Below are positions 30,239 through 39,226 of a DNA stretch of 64,000 bases, in pieces (position 1 is the first letter of the stretch; each line of letters begins with the position of its first letter). A program made the position numbers and the translations under genes. The notes below the pieces were generated by a model, which saw nothing but the letters and a program-made list of their open reading frames with translations, was not told the DNA's origin and did not search any database. The stretch is from Promethearchaeota archaeon (lineage in GTDB: Archaea > Asgardarchaeota > Thorarchaeia > Thorarchaeales > Thorarchaeaceae). The stretch covers positions 158,136 to 222,135 of the forward strand of contig WJMJ01000046.1 of assembly GCA_014728035.1 (NCBI GenBank), written 5' to 3'.

Positions 30239-30496
30239 GTGGAGCTAATGCAATTAATTCAACTATTAAGTCCTTTAACAGATTTTGTCAATCTAATCAC
30301 AGGCTATTTCATTGAAATTTGGGATTTTCTTATATTTATTGGAAGTGTTTCAGCAGTAATGGTGGTATTATCAGGAGCGATATTGTGGTTCACAAATTTC
30401 AATGAAAAGAAAGGGAAAGGTCTGGTATTTAGCGGAATTCTATTAGCACTCGTTGTCGAATATTTCATTCTGTATCCACCAGAGTTTCTAATCTGA
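30239..30496 (+). CDS. Small two-helix membrane protein, TrbC/VirB2/CedA1 pilin-like
   Basis: Two hydrophobic segments separated by NEKKGKGL; 85 aa. Confidence 0.5.
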   Translation: MELMQLIQLLSPLTDFVNLITGYFIEIWDFLIFIGSVSAVMVVLSGAILWFTNFNEKKGKGLVFSGILLALVVEYFILYPPEFLI

Positions 30497-31708
30497 TCAA
30501 ATTAATTGCTCTCCAATTAAAATTAGAGTGTCCATCAACTTATCGATATCAGTAATGGAATTATAACAATGGAGGGAAATCTGAATAATCCCTTCAGGAT
30601 TAAGTGATCTAATAAGTGGATGAGCACACAATAGACCACTACGAACATAGATGTTGGATTCATCCAGAAATAGAGCCACATCATGACAATTAATCGAGTT
30701 ATCAGAACCAATGCTAAGACCAAATATTGTTCGTGTGTCATAATGGGAACCGTACATGTTCACAATATCAGTTTCATCTATTCGATTGGTCAGGTGATTT
30801 CTCAAATGAGACATATGTTCAAAGAACCCATTCTTTCGGAGGAAATCAGAGTATTCTAGTCCAGCTCCAAGACCAATAATCCCTGGAACATTTAAGATTC
30901 CAGTTTCGAATTTGTCTGGTTGAAGTGCGACATCAAAAGAACCAAGTCTAACATCAGAAACACTAGAACCACCAAGAATACCGGGATATATTTCTCGGCC
31001 TAGCTCTGAATCTATGCATTGTATTACAACACCAGGAGGACCAAAGAAACCAATATTCCCAGAAAACAAACAAATATCTGCACCAAACGAAGACAAGGGT
31101 TTTTTAGTAAAACCAATCGATTGGGTCAGGTCTGAAATCAGTACTGCATTGAAATCACGAGTCATTCGTGATACCATATCAACAGGGTTGGGATTCCCAG
31201 TACCCAACATAACATGAGACAAAGCAACTATTCCAGTACTATCATCAATTTTCTCATATAATGAATCTAATTCTATTTCTCCAAATTCATTTACGCGAAC
31301 AAAATCAACTTCGAGCTTCAGTATTTTTGCCAGATGCATCAGTGGAACAGAAATCGAATTTTCTTCCCCTTCTGAAATAATGATTTTCTTCTTTCGATTT
31401 CCAATCCAATCAAATCCTAAGCAAAACGAAGTGATAGATGATGCAATGGAATTATTAAATGAAATTCGGGATGAATCAATATCCAATAATTCAGCAAGTT
31501 TCATTCGAGTACTTTCAACTTGGTTCCCACCCTGTACAGCTAAAGAATAGGCTCCACGTCTAGTTGAAATTACGGTATTTTTTAGAAAGTTACTTACAGA
31601 ATCAGCAACAATATCAGGAACCAAGGTAGTACTTGCTGAGTCAAAGAAGGCCAAAGATGGATTGTTACGTAATATCGAAAAATCGGATCGGATATCAAGC
31701 TCGCTCAT
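30497..31708 (-). CDS. SufS-like class V aminotransferase fold, PLP lysine apparently missing
   Basis: FFDSAST, KFETG, VRSGLLCAHP present, but SGHK is replaced by SGNI. Confidence 0.8.
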   Translation of the reverse strand: MSELDIRSDFSILRNNPSLAFFDSASTTLVPDIVADSVSNFLKNTVISTRRGAYSLAVQGGNQVESTRMKLAELLDIDSSRISFNNSIASSITSFCLGFDWIGNRKKKIIISEGEENSISVPLMHLAKILKLEVDFVRVNEFGEIELDSLYEKIDDSTGIVALSHVMLGTGNPNPVDMVSRMTRDFNAVLISDLTQSIGFTKKPLSSFGADICLFSGNIGFFGPPGVVIQCIDSELGREIYPGILGGSSVSDVRLGSFDVALQPDKFETGILNVPGIIGLGAGLEYSDFLRKNGFFEHMSHLRNHLTNRIDETDIVNMYGSHYDTRTIFGLSIGSDNSINCHDVALFLDESNIYVRSGLLCAHPLIRSLNPEGIIQISLHCYNSITDIDKLMDTLILIGEQLI

Positions 31709-31761
31709 AATACTGCACTCGTAAGTATGTTATTCGATTTCTTTTAATACAAATATATAAT

Positions 31762-32778
31762 TTGATATTTCTGATTGTCTTGTTTAAGAATATAGTTGAA
31801 AGTTATTTAATAACAACAAAGGATAAACTAATTTTTGAAGTCAAAGGAGTTTTGCATCCTTCAGAACGAATAATCGCATATCTGAGATATGTTCCAATAG
31901 ACATAGGCAAAAACAAAGCTTCAACAACAAAATATAGAAAAATAGTTCACTTGCCAGAAAGAACAGCATTTTTGAAAAAGCACTACCCAGAATATATATG
32001 GTATCACAAAAAAACAAGAAGACAATACCAATCAGTACCATATGAATACATACAAGCTGTTCATAATCCAAAAACATTTCTGAAACATCTTAGATTAAAA
32101 CCATCAAGAAACAATACAGATGAAAAAATAGTTCAGCTAACGGATTTACTAGTTCATGTATCAGGGATAAATTATGAAGATATTGGCATAACTGGGTCTC
32201 ATCTGGTGTATCTTTCAAATAATGAATCAGATATTGACCTCACGATATTTGGTAAAGAAGCATGTTTACAATTCTACAATTCAATTGATAAGATATTCAC
32301 TTACGAGGATATTCAAGCTTATGAGGATAAAGCATTAGAACAACATGTCAAATTCAGATGGCCTAAACTAGAAAGATATCAAACAAAGCTTCAAGAAATT
32401 GAAAAACAAAAGAAACTCCAAGGGTTCTTCAAAGATAAAGAATTCTTTATCAGGTTGGTTATGAATCCTGAAGATATACCATATCAATTTGATGATTTTG
32501 AGATCATCTCACTGGGAAGGATAGAAACAACATTACAAATTCAAGACCACCAGAAGGCAATATTCACTCCAACAGAATACGAAATAGTACCAACAGAACC
32601 TGAAATTTCAAAGGTAATCAGTTATCGGAGTAGATTTTGTGAACAGGTAAGGAAGGGTCAGTATGTCAAAGCTTACGGAAGATTAGAAAGAGTATTGAAT
32701 TTGGATAACAACATAACATCATACCAATTAGTTTTGGGAGAATCTAATGAAGATTACTTGATACCAATTGAAAAATAA
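31762..32778 (+). CDS. Predicted archaeal nucleotidyltransferase (COG1665-like)
   Basis: GITGS..SDIDL Pol-beta NTase motif, HP..RIIAYLRYVP. Confidence 0.75.
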   Translation: MIFLIVLFKNIVESYLITTKDKLIFEVKGVLHPSERIIAYLRYVPIDIGKNKASTTKYRKIVHLPERTAFLKKHYPEYIWYHKKTRRQYQSVPYEYIQAVHNPKTFLKHLRLKPSRNNTDEKIVQLTDLLVHVSGINYEDIGITGSHLVYLSNNESDIDLTIFGKEACLQFYNSIDKIFTYEDIQAYEDKALEQHVKFRWPKLERYQTKLQEIEKQKKLQGFFKDKEFFIRLVMNPEDIPYQFDDFEIISLGRIETTLQIQDHQKAIFTPTEYEIVPTEPEISKVISYRSRFCEQVRKGQYVKAYGRLERVLNLDNNITSYQLVLGESNEDYLIPIEK

Positions 32779-32809
32779 CAGAAAACATCAATTCGCACCA
32801 TTAACAAAG

Positions 32810-33241
32810 ATTCACAAATCAATATTGTGAATGGCGCCTTATTTGTGAACCATCAAAAATAAAAAGACCCCATAACCCTCAAAAACTTATTTTCTGTAAT
32901 TTAAAAGCCGGTTACCATTGTGAACAAAGACACCCCTTTGTTTCCAGTGGAAAAACGGTTAAAGAGATATGATACAGTGTATAATGTATTCACAAAATAC
33001 ATAATACTGTGAAGACCTAACAGAATGGAGAAAAGCATTATTATTGAAAATAGAGCAATATAAGAGCCCCATTATAAATATTAATGATTAATATCGCATA
33101 TTTACTGATAAAAAGATAGAACTAGCCACAACATAGCTATGTACGAATTATCAGGCCAATACCCTCATACAGCGTATTGACATATTCACACTTATTAGCA
33201 AACAAATAGTAAGTCATTGTGAATGAAGAATTATTTGTGAA
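32810..33241. repeat. Cluster of TTGTGAA/TTCACAA motifs (7 exact copies)
   Basis: Copies at 32811, 32825, 32843, 32918, 32989, 33217, 33235. Confidence 0.7.
32931..32952 (-). promoter_or_regulatory. ORB (Orc1/Cdc6 origin recognition box)
   Basis: TTCCACTGGAAACAAAGGGGTG, matching the archaeal ORB inverted repeat plus G-string. Confidence 0.8.
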
Positions 33242-33250
33242 TAGTGCTAG

Positions 33251-33910
33251 GTGAACTCTGTGACTGATGAAGGAAAAACAAATTATGTGTATGAATTTAC
33301 CTATAATTCAGGTCCAGGTCTCAGAGAGATATTTCAATGTAAATATGTGCAACCAGATGAAGCTCTTAATAGATTTCGCAAAATACTTGCACTTACCGAA
33401 AAACCATTCGACTTCAAAATATCAATCTTTGATGAGTCTACAAGGGAAGAATCAAGCTTTCAGGTAAAAGGAAGTGTAGAAGAAATGTTTCAGAAATTCA
33501 AGGTATTTCTTGAAACAAGTACGGGATATGTATTTTCGGTAGTATCTACAGACGAGATGTATCAGGATATAGAAGTAGAAGAATATGATATAGATACCAT
33601 GAGTAATTTTGATAAAATGCAAATGATAATCTATGCGTCTTTTAAACATGGAAAATTTTCATCTCTTGATGTTACAGAGATATATGAAGACACCTTCAAA
33701 GAGGACCTTCCAAAAAGTACTGCATCAACATACCTCAAAAGAATGTGGGAAGATGGTAAGGGACATCTTGAACGTCACGGTAATCGAACAGGATACACAT
33801 ATCGCTTAAGAACAGAAATGCCTGAAGTTCAAAGAGAGGTAGATCGAGCAGATGAGATACTTGCAGCAATTCAAATTAGAGCAAGTAAATCGACATCTAC
33901 TCGACGGTAA
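33251..33910 (+). CDS. Hypothetical protein with C-terminal winged helix
   Basis: FSSLDVTEIYEDTF...LPKSTASTYLKRMW..GHLER.GNRTGYTYRL. Confidence 0.7.
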   Translation: MNSVTDEGKTNYVYEFTYNSGPGLREIFQCKYVQPDEALNRFRKILALTEKPFDFKISIFDESTREESSFQVKGSVEEMFQKFKVFLETSTGYVFSVVSTDEMYQDIEVEEYDIDTMSNFDKMQMIIYASFKHGKFSSLDVTEIYEDTFKEDLPKSTASTYLKRMWEDGKGHLERHGNRTGYTYRLRTEMPEVQREVDRADEILAAIQIRASKSTSTRR

Positions 33911-33924
33911 TACAAATAATACAC

Positions 33925-35241
33925 TTAACTTAGTGGAGAAGTTACCTCGATCAATTCTATATTCTGACGTTTTAGCTCCGAGAGTATCGGTTCGTAGATT
34001 TCTGGAAGAATTGGTCTATGAACACCAACAAGGTCAATTTTTCCTTCAAGTATCATTCTACTAGCAATAGCTACAGGTAGTGCTACTGTTCGAGACATTG
34101 AAGAATCACCGTTTGGTATACCATAATCAATCATAGTAGAGGTAATCAATTCTTTTCGATTGTCATATCGTGCATGAAATTCATGATGCATGACAATCAT
34201 ATCCCTTTCACCTTTTGCATATTGAAGTTTCGCTTCAAAGAGATAACAAAGTGCATCTAAATTGGTGTCAACAGAAGAAGGAATCTCGAGTGTATCAAAG
34301 AGACCTAACCACTTGAAACGATGGATAACATCATCGTCTTGATCTAATCCAAGAGTATTTGCAGTCGCTTCAGTAACATCTCCATCAGAATGAACAAGTT
34401 CTTTCATCAAATCTAAGTAAGTCATGTCTTCAAACGAACGTTCTTCTAGAGAGAGTAGCCCGAGGTCAGAAATTTTTTTCAGTGTCTTGCACCAACCAAT
34501 GTTACGGAATGTACCCCGCAGCATTGTCTTGGTTTCAGGAATAGAATAGATGTCAATATACGAAAGGCTGTCTCGATTAGGATACCCTTCGAAAACACCC
34601 ATTCCAGGGACCTCCATTTCTTCGCAATTATCGAATAATTCAGATCCTGGAATTGTAACCTTTTTGCCATCCAGTAAAAATTGAGCATCGTTACGGCCAG
34701 CAAGTAGAACTCCTCTCGGACTCCATGATAATTTGTATCCAAAAGGATTGTTATTACAATCAGGTGCGGGAAGGCCTCCTGTAAATGAGGTAAACCGAAT
34801 TATTTCACCTCCATTGTTATGAACAGCATCGATAATCTTCATTGCACTCATGTGGTCAATTCCTGGATCGACACCACATTCATTTAATAAAAGAATTCGA
34901 GCATTTCGAGCGGCTTCATCCAGTGCTTGCATTTCATCAGAGATGTAAGAAGTGGTGCAAAAGTGCTTCTTATGTTTGATAGCAACCTTTGCAGCTTTTA
35001 CATGAAAGGTATAAGGGAGTAAGGAACAAACCAAATCCACTTGACCTGTAAGCTTATCAAGAAGGTCATCATCTGTCTTAATGTTAAAGGCAATAGATTC
35101 TGCATTTTCCAAACCCTTGATTAACTGGTCTGCTTTTTCCTTAGTACGACTTGCAACAATAACATGAAATCCGTGTTCAGAAAGATACTGGACATAAGGT
35201 CTTGCAACAAGTCCCGCACCCAGGCACAATATGTTCTTCAT
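33925..35241 (-). CDS. Saccharopine dehydrogenase (glutamate-forming, Lys9/SDH type)
   Basis: LGAGLVA, SLLPY..H, TTSY, ECGVDPGIDHMSA, GYKLSWSPRG, RGTFR. Confidence 0.93.
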   Translation of the reverse strand: MKNILCLGAGLVARPYVQYLSEHGFHVIVASRTKEKADQLIKGLENAESIAFNIKTDDDLLDKLTGQVDLVCSLLPYTFHVKAAKVAIKHKKHFCTTSYISDEMQALDEAARNARILLLNECGVDPGIDHMSAMKIIDAVHNNGGEIIRFTSFTGGLPAPDCNNNPFGYKLSWSPRGVLLAGRNDAQFLLDGKKVTIPGSELFDNCEEMEVPGMGVFEGYPNRDSLSYIDIYSIPETKTMLRGTFRNIGWCKTLKKISDLGLLSLEERSFEDMTYLDLMKELVHSDGDVTEATANTLGLDQDDDVIHRFKWLGLFDTLEIPSSVDTNLDALCYLFEAKLQYAKGERDMIVMHHEFHARYDNRKELITSTMIDYGIPNGDSSMSRTVALPVAIASRMILEGKIDLVGVHRPILPEIYEPILSELKRQNIELIEVTSPLS

Positions 35242-35243
35242 AA

Positions 35244-36578
35244 TTAATTCTCCTCAGTTCTAAGATATTCTTTGAGATATTCATATTGAGGTGTAAGTTC
35301 ACCTCTATAAACAATAATGGCATCTTTTAATTCACGACACAAGACGAGTTGGTCAAATGATTCTGTCAAGAAATTTGTTTCCGCCAAGGTAGGGATGAAA
35401 CGTAACAGACTATTACTAAAGGAGGTGGAGGATTCTCGTGGTAATTCACAAGGTAAATTGTCCACAGCCATTACAACAGGCCCATTTCCAGAAATACCAA
35501 TTTTTGATTTTGTTTCATCTATGAGATATGTGAAAGCTGGTTTATCAGGTTTGGTTGTTATCACAGTGAATTCTATTGCGCCTTCTACATCACATGATAT
35601 ATCGCCAACTACCCGAAGTTTTCGTGAAGTGTTATTCCAATGTTGCTGAATAAAATCAGTGGACACTAGACGAGGGTATTCATCAGTCCAGTAAATACAG
35701 TTCATAAGAACTGTAAGATGAGGGATATATCTTTCAAAGACTCCACGATATTTCTTTGAACCAAATTGATAGTAATGCGATAGATCAAATTCAGCTGTTT
35801 CATCAATAGGTTCAACCATATGTTCCTCTTTGAAGACACACTTGTATAACACGTTTTCATTGTCGGATTCCAAATCAAGCAACTGATCAGGTTCTATTCG
35901 AACGTGAGGAAGTATATCAAAAAGTTCCTGTGCACCCTTTGATACATTACCATATCCAGCAAAACCGACAACTAGCGGTCTAAGAAGATCAGGAAGTCCT
36001 AAGGAAGAAATTCGTTCACCCAAAGATACGAATTCATCTTTCAAGCGTTCAAGTGTACGACATTCCAGAGTTGTTTTCATGCCTTTGAAGGGATTGGGTT
36101 CAAGGCATTCATATTCTAAACGTTTCCCCAACACTCTAAGAGTGTCAGACATACCAGCAAAACCAGCCCAGTTTCCAAAGTAAATGAGTCGACGTCCAGA
36201 ATCATCCACAACACATTCGTAGTCAATAAGGGTAGAGCCAGAATCGATAATCTTTTGCAGCATTGGCATATTATAGTCCTGGCCTTTTATTGTATGACTG
36301 AAGAAGAGATAGACTTTATCGCGCTCGAAAAAGTCGTTTGGCATCTCTTTGACTCCAAGAATTATTGAAGCTTCACTTCCATGAAGTTCCTCAATTTGTG
36401 CGTTTGCTTCTAGAAATTCTTCGTGACTAAAAGCACGTTGATCACTAGGTTCGACAAGAAAGTCCAATTTCCTTTCTGAAACCAACTTTGCGACATGAAT
36501 TGGTACAACAGGTACCCGGGTCTCAAAGGGTTTTTCTTCTTTTCTCAGACCAAAAATATTCAAGATTTGGGCCTCCAA
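35244..36578 (-). CDS. Lysine-ketoglutarate reductase (LKR domain of AASS)
   Basis: E.R.P, LGVKE, FFSHTIKGQ.YNM, IDYE, GYGNVSKGA, NCIYW...PRL, DISCD, VDNLPCELP. Confidence 0.9.
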   Translation of the reverse strand: MEAQILNIFGLRKEEKPFETRVPVVPIHVAKLVSERKLDFLVEPSDQRAFSHEEFLEANAQIEELHGSEASIILGVKEMPNDFFERDKVYLFFSHTIKGQDYNMPMLQKIIDSGSTLIDYECVVDDSGRRLIYFGNWAGFAGMSDTLRVLGKRLEYECLEPNPFKGMKTTLECRTLERLKDEFVSLGERISSLGLPDLLRPLVVGFAGYGNVSKGAQELFDILPHVRIEPDQLLDLESDNENVLYKCVFKEEHMVEPIDETAEFDLSHYYQFGSKKYRGVFERYIPHLTVLMNCIYWTDEYPRLVSTDFIQQHWNNTSRKLRVVGDISCDVEGAIEFTVITTKPDKPAFTYLIDETKSKIGISGNGPVVMAVDNLPCELPRESSTSFSNSLLRFIPTLAETNFLTESFDQLVLCRELKDAIIVYRGELTPQYEYLKEYLRTEEN

Positions 36579-36679
36579 TATGCCATTATTTCGACAAGCG
36601 CGTTGAAAATTACATACGCATTAAGCTTTCCGTTTAGGAGTAATACAAAGTCTGAAAATAGTACACATGTTCCAATAAT

Positions 36680-36979
36680 ATGAGTATCACAATGTATAGC
36701 TATCTATTCTTGTATGATTGTAAACGAGCCAGGCAAACAAACGCAAGAAGAGTGGCATTCACAAAGGAGATCTACGGTTATTCATATTCATGGAAGACCA
36801 AGTCAGGGTTAAAACAAAAACGGAAGCAGGGATTGCTTGATCAATATGAAGGGGTAGAAGCAGTTTCAGATTCAGCAATTTTGGTACCCGAAGATTACTA
36901 TGGGATTTTTGAAAAACTGTTTCAGGAATATAATGATATCATGAATCTTCGGATATTCAGAGTAACGGAAGAAGTTTAG
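36680..36979 (+). CDS. Small basic protein with Cas2/VapD-like signature, origin-adjacent
   Basis: YLFLYD first strand, F..EIYGY, GLL, DSAILVP; no cas genes nearby. Confidence 0.55.
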   Translation: MSITMYSYLFLYDCKRARQTNARRVAFTKEIYGYSYSWKTKSGLKQKRKQGLLDQYEGVEAVSDSAILVPEDYYGIFEKLFQEYNDIMNLRIFRVTEEV

Positions 36980-37251
36980 AACACGTGTTCCAAATAATCA
37001 GAGTGTAGGAGGACCACACCCCCTCATTTCCACTAGAATAAGTAAAAATGGAGGTCAGCTAAAAAGAAATCTATAATTGTTGATAAAAATGGAGATAAAT
37101 TGAAAATGTACTAAAGTATATTTATACTTTTGGATAATTAATCTTAGCACGATCTTTATTCTTTCTACAGGAAATAAAGGGGTGAATTGTATTTTAGAAC
37201 ATGTGGTCTAAATTCGTATTAATCGTATTACATATTAGAACACGTGTTCTA
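36977..37251. other. Probable chromosomal replication origin (oriC)
   Basis: Inverted ORBs at 37017-37038(-) TTCTAGTGGAAATGAGGGGGTG and 37163-37184(+) TTCTACAGGAAATAAAGGGGTG around an AT-rich ~120-bp core. The + strand A/T bias appears to switch here. Confidence 0.8.
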
Positions 37252-37332
37252 ATTAGGTTTCACCGGAAGACTGATACACTTTATTACCGGGAGGAACACA
37301 TCTCAAGAAATATCTCGATCGGAGGCTCAAAA

Positions 37333-39225
37333 TTGACAAAACCAAAGGAGTTACTTGAAGATTCAGAAGGAATAAAGAAACTTCTGTTAGCAAACGAGGC
37401 AATCGCTAGAGGAGTTGTGGAAGCCGGAGTACGATTGGTTGCATTATATCCCGGCACTCCTAGTAGTGAGATTGGAAATAATCTAACATTTATGGCTCCT
37501 CATATTCCAAATTTCTATTTTGAATTTAGTACAAATGAGAAGGTTGCTCTAGAAGTTGCTGGAGCGGCTGCAGTGGCTGGTGTACGTTCTATGATGGTCT
37601 GTAAAGGGCCTGGTCTTAATGTTGCGGCTGACCCATTTTTTTCATTGGCATATGTTGGTGTTCGTGGTGGAATGGTTATCGTTGTTGCTGATGATCCCAG
37701 TATGTGGAGTTCTCAAAATGAGAATGATAGTCGTTACTATGCGTTGATGGGAAATATGCCTATGATAGAACCTGCTGATCCAGCTGAAGCAAAGTCCTTA
37801 CTTCTCGAAGCCTACAAACTATCAGAGGAATTGGAGCTCCCTGTTCTTTTCAGAACCACTACAAGGGTAAATCATACAAGAGCTCCGGTTGAATTTGGAA
37901 AGATTCCAAAACTGTCTGATAAGGTTGAATTTGACAAAGAACCTTATCGATTTGTTCCAATTCCAGCTGTAGCTAGAAAGAGACATCCTTGGCTTCTTGA
38001 CCAAATCGCAAAAGCAAAAGAGATTGCTGAAGAATCATCCTTGAATTTCGTAGAGGGGTCTGGCGAACTAGGAATTATTACTTCAGGTGTTTCTTTCAAT
38101 TACGTCCGCGAAGCATTGGAGTCGCTTGAGTTGGAAGCTGAGATACTAAAGCTAGGAATTACCCATCCTGTTCCGGAAAATATGATCAAGTCATTTCTAA
38201 CTAAACACAAACGTGTTGTAATTGTAGAAGAACTCGAACCGTTTCTTGAAACTCATAGTCGCCGCATCGCACAACGCGATAACATTATGGTTGAAATTCT
38301 AGGCAAAGAGCAAGGTTACTTCTCTCGAACTTTTGAATATAGTCCTCGAATTGTCATTGAAGCTCTTGCAAAGATTATTAGTCGTAATACAAGTATTAAT
38401 TGGGACGATATTGAAGAAAAGGAGAAATCTCTTCCTGATTTACCTCCACGCCCACCCTTACTCTGTGCGGGATGTCCACATCGTGCTACATACTATGCTA
38501 TACGAACCGCTACTAGAGGTAAAGCAATCTATCCTTCTGATATTGGATGCTATACTCTTAGTATTGCTCCACCTTTGGAAACCGCAGATATTCTCTTTGA
38601 TATGGGTTCATCTATTACTACTGCTTGTGGTTTATCTCAAGTGACAGACCAAGATGTAGTCTGTACCATAGGTGATAGTACCTTCTTTGCATCAGGTCTT
38701 CCAGGTGTAGTAAATGCTGTGTACAATCATCATCCTATCAGTATTGTAGTATTAGATAATCGTACTACCGCAATGACGGGCCATCAACCTCATCCTGGTA
38801 CCGGTGTTACTGGAATGCAAGAAAAAGTACCTCCCTCTGATATATCTGAGGTGTGCACAGGTCTCGGAGTTAAATATGTGAAAGTTATTGATCCCTTGGA
38901 GTCAGTTGTTGACCTTGTAAAAGAAATTAGAGAAATGGTTTCTTGGACTAAGGAGAACAGAGCACCTGCGGTGCTAGTTTCAAAAGCACCTTGTGCACTA
39001 TTAACCGCGTCAGAACGTCGACGTACAGGTGAATATCCTCCAATATATTTTGTAGATTCTGATGTCTGTAACTCTTGCAAAAGATGTCTTAATCGACTAT
39101 CTTGTCCTGCCATGTATTTGGACCCCGAAACTGATAAAGCTGTAATAGATGAAACGCTGTGTAATTTGTGTGGGACTTGTGTTTCGGTTTGTCCCCAAGG
39201 AGCAATAAAACAGGAGGAAGAATAA
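37333..39225 (+). CDS. iorA: Indolepyruvate:ferredoxin oxidoreductase alpha
   Basis: NEAIARG, YPGTPSSE, NEKVALE, LCAGCPHR, SDIGC, GDSTF, two C-terminal 4Fe-4S motifs. TTG start after GGAGG. Confidence 0.95.
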   Translation: MTKPKELLEDSEGIKKLLLANEAIARGVVEAGVRLVALYPGTPSSEIGNNLTFMAPHIPNFYFEFSTNEKVALEVAGAAAVAGVRSMMVCKGPGLNVAADPFFSLAYVGVRGGMVIVVADDPSMWSSQNENDSRYYALMGNMPMIEPADPAEAKSLLLEAYKLSEELELPVLFRTTTRVNHTRAPVEFGKIPKLSDKVEFDKEPYRFVPIPAVARKRHPWLLDQIAKAKEIAEESSLNFVEGSGELGIITSGVSFNYVREALESLELEAEILKLGITHPVPENMIKSFLTKHKRVVIVEELEPFLETHSRRIAQRDNIMVEILGKEQGYFSRTFEYSPRIVIEALAKIISRNTSINWDDIEEKEKSLPDLPPRPPLLCAGCPHRATYYAIRTATRGKAIYPSDIGCYTLSIAPPLETADILFDMGSSITTACGLSQVTDQDVVCTIGDSTFFASGLPGVVNAVYNHHPISIVVLDNRTTAMTGHQPHPGTGVTGMQEKVPPSDISEVCTGLGVKYVKVIDPLESVVDLVKEIREMVSWTKENRAPAVLVSKAPCALLTASERRRTGEYPPIYFVDSDVCNSCKRCLNRLSCPAMYLDPETDKAVIDETLCNLCGTCVSVCPQGAIKQEEE

Positions 39226-39226
39226 G

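Noticed and set aside
36680-37260. CRISPR-Cas locus suggested by the Cas2-like ORF
   Set aside because: No cas1 or other cas genes and no regularly spaced repeat-spacer array seen anywhere in the window.
37201-37332. N-terminal extension of iorA in the ORF track
   Set aside because: Overlaps the origin palindromes; a TTG with a GGAGG SD at 37333 fits the family start better.
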